NCBI RefSeq assembly: GCF_009914755.1
Contig: NC_060929.1
Strand: one strand, 5' to 3'
DNA: 64,000 bases
Origin: the human T2T-CHM13v2.0 reference genome, Homo sapiens
Shown here: piece after piece, positions 1 to 10,181 of the stretch
Layout: every line of letters begins with the position of its first letter
Numbering within the stretch: the first letter of the stretch is position 1
Position numbers and translations under genes: made by a program
The notes under the pieces: generated by a model
Databases searched by the model: none
What the model saw: the letters and a program-made list of their open reading frames with translations, nothing else
Told to the model about the DNA's origin: nothing

Positions 1-19
1 GAAACTATTTTAATTTTAC

Positions 20-1005
20 TCATAATAAAAGAAATGCAAATAAAATGACACTGAGATACCATTTCTCTTCTATCACATTGGCAAAAAGTTTAAAAGCTTG
101 GCAACACATTCTGTTGGCAAGGCTTGTGAGGCACTCTCATTCATTGCTGGTGGGAATGTAAATGACACAACTCTTACGTTGGGGGAATTTGGCAATCTCT
201 AACAAATTGTATGTGCATTTTTCTTACAACTCAGCAATCTCAAATCTAGAAACTTACCCTGAATATATATCTCCAACAATAAGAAAAGACATTTGCATTA
301 GGTTATTCATAGCAGCCTTATTTATAAATGCAAAATATTGGAAGTGACCTAAATATCTATATATAAAAGATTGATCAAGTAAATTCTGATGCATACACAC
401 AATGGAATGCTATGCATTTGTAATAAAGAATAAAGGATAGCTCTATGAGCTAATATGAAATAAGTTCAGCATATATTGATAAGTGACAAATGCAACATGC
501 AAATATACATATATTTCAAACATGTCTATGTAAAAGTAGTTAATTACAAAGGGAAAAATGGTTATCGGCAGACTCGCCTTAACCAAGTGACCTAGGTTAA
601 CAGCTTCAGTAACGGTATAAATTGGTATCATGGTCCCCTTGATATGATGTTCTGAGACCACAATATTATCTTTATATTTCTGCCAAAAAATTATGATCAT
701 AAAAAAATCAGACAAACCTAAACTTAGAAGCCATCTACAAAATAAAACGTTAAAGACATGAAAAATAAAGAATCCTGAGGGTCTGAGATAATGAAAGGAA
801 ACAAAAGAGGCTTAAGCAGAATCCTGAATTGAAGGGAGAAATATCAATCTATAATACCAATATTAAGGTGATTGGCAAAAGTTGAACATAGATAATGGAT
901 TAGATAATAATACTGAATCAATGTTAAACATCCTGATTCCATACTTATACTTTTGTTATTCCTCGTTGATGTTTTTAGGGAAAACACTGAAATAACAAGA
1001 AGTAA

Positions 1006-1068
<63 letters not shown>

Positions 1069-1100
1069 GCCTGTAACTTACTTGCAAACAGTTCTTTAAA
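20..1100 (+). mobile_element. Old L1 (L1M/L1ME-type) ORF2 end and 3' UTR fragments
   Basis: L1 3' motifs (gaaatgcaaataaaa...gagataccat, ttgctggtgggaatgtaaat, cagcaat); boundaries approximate. Confidence 0.7.
1011..1065. repeat. (TA)n microsatellite
   Basis: Perfect TA run seen directly. Confidence 0.95.
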
Positions 1101-1183
1101 AGTATAAAAAATGAATGTATGTGTATACATATTACATATATAATATATATAATATAAAATATTATATATTATATATATATGTA

Positions 1184-1461
1184 ACAGGGTCTTGTTTTGT
1201 CACTCAGGCTGGAGTGAAGTGGCATGATCATGGTACACCATAGCCTTGACCTCCAGGCTCAAGCAATCCTCCCACCTCAGCCTCCAGAGTAGCTGAGACC
1301 ACAGATGCACACCACTAAGCCTAGCTAATTTTTTAAATTTTTGTAGAAATGAGGTCTCACTATGTTACTTAGGCTGGTCTCATACTCCTGGACCAAAATG
1401 ATCCTCCCACATCAGCCTCCCAACGTGCTGGGATTAGAGGTATGAACCACCACTCCCAGCC
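1184..1461 (-). mobile_element. AluJ-like SINE
   Basis: Reverse Alu motifs caggctggagtg, gctcaagcaatcctcccacctcagcc, gtgctgggatta. Confidence 0.9.
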
Positions 1462-1886
1462 AACAAATACTTTTTAAATGTGGATCTCTGTTTGACAATA
1501 ATATGAACAAAGTAAAGTACTTGAAATGTCTAAAATTCATAAGTTATTGACTGTATGTGAAAGGAATTCAAAGCAACAAGAAAAGAGCAATCCCAGTAGA
1601 ATAAAAGACAAAAGCAATTTACAGAGGAGGAAACCCCAAAAGTTATCAAACATAATAAGGTGCTCAGAATCATCGTTAATTTGATAAATTCACATTTAAA
1701 AAACAATGAGACAGCACTTCACCTCTAACTCACAAACATTAGAAGTCTGAATAATTCTTGGAGTTGGTAGAAATGTAGGGATGTAAACCTTTAAGCATTG
1801 CTAACAGGTATACATGGAATAGAAACCAGTATAGCCATTCCAGATAACAAATGAGCACTACTTCATTAACTTAAATATATGTCTGC

Positions 1887-2896
<1,010 letters not shown>

Positions 2897-3332
2897 ATGC
2901 CTATTAGCAATTTAATTCCTGGAGATGGATGAATAGATGGATAAGTAGATGATTAACAGATGGATGGATAGATATGTAGACAGATAGGCGAATATGTACA
3001 AGTATGTTCACTGGCACTATTTTTAGGACCAGGATCAGGAAGTTGGAGTCCACCAAGGTGCCTATCTCTGGGAGAATGGATAGGCAAAGTATGATGGATA
3101 TACAATTATGTAGGTTAAATATAAATTGCCTTGCATCAGTTCCCTCAGCCCAGTTCTGACACCAGCTGTAGCTTTTCACACTGACAGCTTTCCACCTCAA
3201 CCTTCTGTAGCATGTCTATTAACTTTTCACACTTTGAACTTTCACTCAAACTGTGGGAGCTTGCTCTGCCCACACAAATTGTACACTAGCTCTTGAAGCT
3301 TCTGTCTGGAAGTAAATTATAACATTTCATTG

Positions 3333-3915
3333 TGGTAGCGTGATCAGACCCAACACCAGGTCATTGGGGTGATGAAGTCCAGTGGAGTCAAAGGAATGAG
3401 AAAAGACAGTTTGAGAGATAAAGTGGGTCCAGGGGGCCAACGTGAGTATGGAGGCTGTGAAGGCCCAGAGTTCTGGAAGCCCAGACTATTTATTGGTGAT
3501 CAAACAAAGAAACAGGTGGTGAGAATGTGGGGTTGAAAGGGAGCACTGCGTTAAGCACCTGATTTACAGTTGTGATGGTTTAGCATTTATATGGCCAATT
3601 CCAAGACACAATCAATCTAGGAGACTGGGAGGGCTAGAAGCAAGGAGCCAGCAAGTCTAGACACACTCCAAAGCCATGAGGGGGTTCATGCCCTGAGCCC
3701 TGGATTCTATCCAACCCACGAGGGGTTTTATGCCCTGGGCTTAGATTATGGTGCGTCAGGGTAGCCTTCCACCCTTTAGCACAGAGCTTGGTGTTCCAAA
3801 GGCCATGAGGGGTTTTAGACCCTGGACCCTGGACATGTTTCAAGACTCTTTTACATTATGTCAGACATGCAAGCCCTGCCTCAGCTTCTCCCAATACTCA
3901 GCTTTCCTCTCAACA
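3333..3915 (-). mobile_element. 3' LTR (LTR14A/B-like)
   Basis: Direct repeat of 6165-6701; TATA-like ATATAAA (minus, 3586-3592) and AATAAA (minus, 3489-3494). Confidence 0.9.
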
Positions 3916-3934
3916 TGCCCCCCTTTTCTTTTTC
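3916..3934 (-). other. Polypurine tract
   Basis: Minus strand GAAAAAGAAAAGGGGGGCA abutting the TG of the 3' LTR. Confidence 0.9.
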
Positions 3935-4482
3935 ATAAAACCACCACAGCTATCATTGCTTGTTCTTGATGACGGCTTTCTCTTCAGAGGCAGCTTCCTC
4001 TTCAGAGGTGGCTTCTGCATCTGTAAACTAAAAGGAGACAGCACAAGCACACAACCACCAGAACAAAATCCACAAATGTAGAGCCTCCAATGGCCTTCAA
4101 CTGTAAATCTTTTGGAACGGGATAAGAGTTTTTAAGGATCTCAGTTACAATACAAATAGATGGTGATGTCTCCCATGGTCTATTTAGAGACACAGGGATC
4201 CAAACTCCTTCCCTGGCTTTAATTATCAAGACAGTTTGATTTTTATCAAAGGTTGAATCAAGGCAGGTAAACAAGCAACATTCAGGGCATGTAATAAAGT
4301 GTGTATTTATATCAAGAGTAACATTTCCTATTGCTAGCACAACTGTGAATCCAAAAGGTCCCACTGGAGAGAAAAGAAAGAGCATTTTTATCCTTACCTC
4401 CCTCCCCTCTGTTCATTTTATACTTTCCCTCTCAGATTTTGACTGGACTTTGAGCCATAGCTAATTTCCATAATTCAGAATA
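3916..4482 (-). pseudogene. env: Deleted, frameshifted HERV-K-class env remnant (SU C-terminus, furin site, membrane anchor and tail)
   Basis: ELWKLAMAQSPVKI*EG; ITCPECCLFTCLDSTF...[20 protein letters not shown] (HML-2: TITCENCRLLTCIDSTF...[20 protein letters not shown]); RSKRF at 4105-4119; VCLCCLLLVYRC; EQAMIAVVVL*KRKGG. Confidence 0.9.
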
Positions 4483-4530
4483 TTCCTGTCTGTCCCTGCA
4501 AATCTCTGCTAGTCTTTGCTAGTCTCTACG

Positions 4531-4660
4531 TTTGTACCTCTTTAGGGCACTGACCAGTACCTCTCTAGAGCACTGACCGTATATTGCTAGTCTTTGCTTT
4601 TGTACATCTTTAGGGCACTGATCAGTATCTCTTTAGGGCACTGACCTTATATTGTTAGTC
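4531..4660. repeat. 68-bp tandem duplication built from 23-bp subunits (ctctttagggcactgaccagtac)
   Basis: Units start at 4531 and 4599; four gcactga cores. Confidence 0.85.
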
Positions 4661-5430
4661 TTCATCTATCCCTGCCTGTCCCTGTCTGTCCCTATGATAC
4701 CTGTTAGTTCCTGTGAGTTCCTGCAAGTCCCTGTCTATCTATCTCTATTTATCTCTATCTCTACTTACTTATCTCTACATCTTCCTGGAAACCTTTTTTA
4801 TGGCCCTGGGTAGAGCTCAGAAATCCACACTTCAAGCTTCAGCAAGAGACAAAACAGGGACCCCGGATCTGGAACCAGATTGAAGGGAACAGGAAGTGTT
4901 CTCCCCTCCCAAAGCAGGAAAACCAGAGTTTGGTCCTTGCAAATTTCTACTCCACATCAGCATCATCCTCAATTTCCTGGAATGAATTGTTGATCATGGC
5001 AATTAACACATTTAGCAAAACAATGACCACTGTAACATTATAGACTCCATAACGAACATAACCAATATTTTCAATGAATTTGTGGTTATAGTTGATGACC
5101 ACTGATTTCACTTCAGCAAGTCCAAATATAGCCCAGAACAGTGTCTTAAAACTCTCTTCAACTGTTGTGAAGGCTTCATTTTGTTTTGCACCAATGTAGT
5201 AGGAGTAGAAGTTGTACGTTCCAATCATAAAGGCCACAAACACCATAATGAATATGACCATGAACCTGAAGATGTCTTTGACTGCTCCTCCAAGTGACAT
5301 CTGCAGAGGTCCAAAGCTTTCATTTGCTGGCAAAATACAAGCTATCCCAGAGAAACTCAAAACCACAGCAACTGCACAAAGACCTTTAGACACAATCTGA
5401 GGATCAGAGGGGTCCCACTCCCTCCTGGCC

Positions 5431-5464
5431 AAAGTAACATTGGGAGATAATGTGAAATACTACA
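5431..5464 (+). other. Inverted TRPC6 segment ([11 protein letters not shown])
   Basis: Plus strand AAA GTA ACA TTG GGA GAT AAT GTG AAA TAC TAC is the peptide missing between DLTKV and LARxxW on the minus strand. Confidence 0.9.
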
Positions 5465-5567
5465 TAATAAATGCCTTAAGAAATTCAAGTAAGCAGAATG
5501 TTTGCTTTCACTTGGTCCCATTGTTACCCTGGTTTCCGAGTACTCAGCTTTCCCACTGAGCTTCTTT
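5460..5567 (-). repeat. Internal duplicate of the viral leader plus gag start (copy of 5954-6063)
   Basis: Near-identical 108/110-nt direct repeat, seen directly. Confidence 0.95.
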
Positions 5568-5949
5568 GACTTTTGTCAAGTCCTTCAAAGTATCATTTGT
5601 ATCAGTGATGCTCTGGGTTTCGGAAGCATGCCAGAATGCCCTGAATCTTACAATGAATGATGCTGCAAAAATTGCTAACATACCAAAATCAAGCATATTC
5701 CACAACTCAAACAAATATTCCTTGGGGCCTTGAGTCCAAATTTCTTTACATTTAGCCCATATCATGCCTCTGTTCTCATTAAATCTGTTTTTCTCTAGCA
5801 GAGGCAGGTTACCCATGAAACTGAAGCTTCAAGATGACTTTACTTGCCCAGGTTCCTTCTAAGTCCTCACTTTGTCTTCTTTTTCTCTAAGTGGGGCCCT
5901 CTGAATAAACAAGCCTCAGATTCCTCTGGGTCTTACACCCCATGCCTCA

Positions 5950-6015
5950 CCCTCTACATAATAAATGCCTTAAGAAATTCAAGTAAGCAGAATGTTTGCT
6001 TTCACTTTGTCCCAT
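5950..6015 (-). pseudogene. gag: Truncated gag start (matrix N-terminus MGQSESKHSAYLNFLRHLLCRG)
   Basis: ATG at 6015 after the leader; resembles HERV-K MGQTKSK...YASYLSFIKILLKRG; TGA follows at 5947-5949. Confidence 0.8.
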
Positions 6016-6141
6016 TGTTACCCTGGTTCTTCCGAGTACTCAGCTTTCCCACTGAGCTTCTTTCAGTCATCCTCGGGTGTCCGTTGACGATGCGTCCTCT
6101 GCTTTTACATGCTCTAGCATTCCTTCACCGGGGTCTTTCTT

Positions 6142-6160
6142 GCCCCATGTTGGGCAGCCA
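6142..6160 (-). other. Primer binding site, tRNA-Lys(CUU)-like
   Basis: Minus strand TGGCTGCCCAACATGGGGC vs canonical TGGCGCCCAACGTGGGGC, 4 nt after the LTR CA. Confidence 0.85.
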
Positions 6161-6164
6161 GGAA

Positions 6165-6701
6165 TGTTGGGGTGATCAGACCCAACACCAGGTCGTGGGG
6201 GCAATGAAGTCCGGTGGAGTCAAAAGAATGAGAAAAGACAGTTTGAGAGATAAAGTGGGTCCAGGGGGCCAATGTGAGTATGGAGGCTGTGAAGGCCCTG
6301 AGCTCTGCAAGCCCAGACTATTTATTGGTGATCAAAGAAACAGGTGGTGAGAATGTGGGGTTGAAAGGGAGCATTGCATTAAGCACAAGATTTACAGTTG
6401 TGATGGTTTAGCCTTTATATGGCCAATTCTAAGACACAATCAATCTAGGAGCCTGAGAGGGCTAGAAGCAAGGATCCAGCAAGTCTAGACACATTCCAGA
6501 GCCACAAGGGGATTTATGCCCTGGGTTTAGATTATGGTGCGTCAGGGTAGCCTTCCACCCTTTAGCACAGAGCTTAGTGTTCCAAAGGCCATGAGGAGTT
6601 TTAGACCCTGGACCCTGGACATGTTCCAAGACTCTTTTACATTATGTCAGACATGCAAGCCCTGCCTCAGCTTCTCCCAACACTCAGCTTTTCTCCCAAC
6701 A
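6165..6701 (-). mobile_element. 5' LTR (LTR14A/B-like)
   Basis: Minus strand starts TGTTGGGAGAAAAGCTGAGTGTTGGGAGAAGCTGAGGCAGGGC and ends CCCCAACA; TATAAA (minus) 6414-6419. Confidence 0.9.
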
Positions 6702-7050
6702 CACTGGCCAAAGTAATTCTCATAGCCATGCCCAATTTCAAAGAAGAGAAGAGAAGTGTAATTCTACCCCATGCCCGTAATGTAGAAAGCAGGTAATATT
6801 TAACAAGCAGCACTAATAACTAGCACACTCTCAAAATGCCAAACTAAGGTGATTTTGACTATTCATGCATGGCATGAAGATCCATGAACAGGAGTCATTT
6901 GTAATTTTGCTGAGGCATAAATTTGAATCACCCATGCTAATGAGGATGAGGTTGGTTGGAAGAAGTACAAAAGCAAGTTTGTTACCTGTGAGTGAGCCTA
7001 GATAACTACTCAGCATCCACATCACATCATATCACATCGCAACTTTGTTC

Positions 7051-7552
7051 TGACAGAGCAGGAGCATCGCCATCTTGGACAAGCCCCTCATTCTAAAGTT
7101 CACCTTAATAAAAAAAAAACTGCCTAAATCCAAAGGGCATCAGTCTAATGACTAAGGTCGGCATGACCATAAACCACAAATAACATCTCTAACCAGAAAC
7201 ATTCCAAACTCCTCCCCAGCCAGAGACAGGCTAGCCCCGAGATAAACCCCCTCCAGCTGGGAAGATGCCAGTCTCGAGATGACATCCCTCTGGCCAGAAA
7301 GATGCCTGCCCCAAGGCAAACTCCCCTCCACCCAGAGACATTCCAACCCCACCATAAAACTTCTCCCTCAAACAGTAACATTCGAAGCTTCTGATAAGCC
7401 CCCTCACCCTAAAACTAATACATACTCTTAATCTGTAAGAGAAAGCACTCCTGATAGAAATTGGCCAGGAGTGTCTCTCAGGTTTTAACTAAAGAAAACC
7501 TGTCTTTAACTGCCAGCTGCATTTCGTGTTTCTTTCCTCTTTAACTCTTACA
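7051..7552 (+). mobile_element. ERV1 solo LTR (MER84-like)
   Basis: TGACAGAGCAGGAGCATCGCCATCTTGG...CA; perfect 5-bp TSD tgttc. Confidence 0.8.
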
Positions 7553-8824
7553 TGTTCTACATTGTTGCATGTGTACTAATGTTTAAAGCATATATTTGCA
7601 TTTCACAGGGGAAATTATCTGCTGGGATTCCCAGAGTTCTTGGAACATACTCAGTTTTGAACATAAGGATCCTTTCATTGATCCATTGATCACAGCTATG
7701 GACCAAGGCAAATGTTAATATCGGCTTCTATTCTCAGCCATAATCCTGCTCCATTCCTAAAATGCAGAGTGACTAAGATGCATACTGACAGGGAATCCAG
7801 TGAGTCCAATGTGTCAGAGAGGTATTCACCCATCAAAGTGGTCTGAACACTGTGGAACTCTTCATTCCAAATTGTTAGAGAGTACGACATGGGAAAAAGC
7901 ACTGGATTTGGAGCCAAACACTTACTATCTGAATAATCTGGGGCATGACATTAAATCATTCTTAGCCTTACTGTTTTCGTTAGTAAAATGAGGCTAATTA
8001 CAACATGGCAGGTCATTTCTCCCTTCCTCACTATACTTTGTTCCTTCTACCCCTCACTACTTTTGAAATTATGCTATGAGAAGTTGTCAAATTTAGCAAA
8101 GAAAAGAGTTTTTGTCTCCATTACGATGAATCAGAAATACCTGCGCCTCTTTCTATAAAAGAAGGCACAGGCCATAAAGATCTACCTTTCCCTCTCAGCA
8201 GGGACCAGAATAGAGGACTTCATGTCCCTGATTCCAGGGGGAAATCTGAACCCTCAGGAGTAGAAGGGAGATAAGGAGATTAAAGACAGCAGAAGCCTCT
8301 GAATTATCTCCTAGAGTACACTTTTGTAGACCGAAGGATAGTTCAATGAGGAAAGTAAAAAGCTGCTATATATCACCTTCTGTGTTTTCCTCCTGGTAAT
8401 GAGCTATACCTGCATACCAGTCTGGACATTCTGTGACAATGGTTACAATAATTACAATAATAACACTATCACTAAAGGTAGCTATAAATAAATAGGTGCT
8501 CGAAATCTGAAGTGTTATATTTAAATTTTGGGGATTATACTTGTGGCCTCCTTGATTACAGTTTATGTCACTGTAGAATTCCACCAGAGAGCAACTGATT
8601 AGGAACACATTTTGCAGTCCTTTATCTTGCTGAATCTAGAACCATTGCTTACAGTTTTCATGTCCTGAGCCTGTCTCCCATCTACTTTATCAGAGACTCC
8701 CTAACACACTTTTGAGAAATGAGTTACTCCACACATGTAAAAAGGCATGACAGATACAGAAAAGTTTTCCAACCAAAACTAATCATTAGTGCTAGAGGTG
8801 GAAGAGTTCATATAGATCACTAGC

Positions 8825-9035
8825 ACAGTGTTGTCCAATAGAACTTTCTACATTGATGGACATGTTCTATATTCGCACTGTCCTGCACAAATGTGCCACT
8901 AGACACGTACAACTACTGAGCACTTGAAATGTGACTAGTGAGACCTAGAAACCAAAATTTTAATTGGATATAATGTTAAGTAATTTTAATTTGAATTTAA
9001 ATAGTCACATGAGCCTGACATTCACTGTACTGGAT
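8825..9035. mobile_element. MER3-like hAT-Charlie MITE
   Basis: cagtgttgtccaatagaactttct...gagcacttgaaatgtgactagtg. Confidence 0.7.
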
Positions 9036-9434
9036 AATTCAGATTTATGGCAAAGTTTCTTGACCTGAGGCCTATAGATCCTCTAGTATCCAAAAATAAC
9101 CTTCAGAGATGCATAAAATTACCAAAATTGTAGATGAAATGTTGAGTATGCAAAACAATACTAATTGTCTTTCAATGATACATAACTATCCAAGAGCAAG
9201 TATTAAATAAAACAGTGGGTATCTATGGGGAGGATAGCACAGGGGTAGGAGTGGAAATGGGGATGGGAAGTGAAGATTAAAATATAATAAATACAAGGAC
9301 TAAAAGTGACAGTGGACCAAGAATTGAAGAGAATAATAACTCAACTCTTCATTATCCAAGGCACTAAAAATAAAGGAACACATTATTTGTATAGGTGTTT
9401 TTCAAGGTCAGTCTTAGCTTTCATCAAATTCTCG

Positions 9435-9718
<284 letters not shown>

Positions 9719-10181
9719 CTAACACGTGAAGAATCACCAACATAAATCCATTCTCTAGCCTCAGAAACAAAAGGGATGGGAATGGATGTGGGTTGGATTA
9801 AATAATATAAAATCTGCACAATTAAGATTGGCAGTTGGCTGGTTAATTGAGAAAGTGAATAATTTTATCTTAAAGTGGAAAAGCTTTAAAAAACAGCACT
9901 CATATTACTCTGCATTATCTTCCTTCCATAAATCAAAACCATACTGCACCTTCTGATTTACCATTTGTTTCTCTAGATGAAGCAAGAACATTAACATATT
10001 TCTGAAGCAATCTGAGTACAGAATCCTTCTAGATTTTCACAAGTGTCCTAAAATTTTACACTTAGCCAGCCCACATCTAACTCAAAAGCAATCTTTTTTC
10101 AATTTAACTTAATGAGTCTTTCAAAAGCAAGAAAGTAGGGTTCATAAAAATATCCTCTGTCTCCTCTCAAATGTCACCAGT

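Larger units (their letters stand above)
4764..5767 (-). pseudogene. TRPC6: Intronless TRPC6-derived pseudogene fragment (about aa 504-803)
   Basis: [34 protein letters not shown]; WDPSDPQI; KTLFWAIFG pore; [13 protein letters not shown] (TRP-box W to TAG at 4947-4949); later frameshifts through [10 protein letters not shown] and GHKKGFQED; no introns. Confidence 0.95.
3333..6701 (-). mobile_element. HERV-K14 (HML-1) defective provirus carrying captured TRPC6 mRNA
   Basis: Two direct-repeat LTRs, Lys-type PBS, gag start, betaretroviral env remnant, PPT, candidate TSD cattg (3328-3332)/cactg (6702-6706). Confidence 0.92.
3240..6827 (-). mobile_element. MLT1 (MaLR) LTR split in two by the HERV-K14 provirus
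   Basis: Joining the provirus flanks restores catttcattggccaaag...agtgtaattctacc...agcactaataactagcaca, typical of reverse MLT1J/K/L; left boundary approximate. Confidence 0.6.

Noticed and set aside
4360-4385. Apparent splice acceptor TTTCTTTTCTCTCCAG on the minus strand
   Set aside because: Lies within collinear env SU homology; no evidence of use.
4531-4660. CRISPR-like repeat/spacer array
   Set aside because: Eukaryotic ERV context; the 'spacers' are themselves duplicated, so it is a tandem repeat.
5357-5521. In-frame Gag-TRPC6 fusion from the duplicated gag ATG
   Set aside because: Translation [34 protein letters not shown]... enters TRPC6 one base out of frame and stops soon after; the original gag ATG (6015) stops after 22 codons.
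4764-5767. Functional TRPC6 gene or a classical L1-processed pseudogene
   Set aside because: No introns, a TRP-box stop, frameshifts and an inversion rule out the gene; there is no poly(A) or own TSD, and it sits inside a provirus.
5844-6350. 168-aa plus-strand ORF
   Set aside because: Antisense to the viral leader/LTR, TTG start, no recognisable homology.
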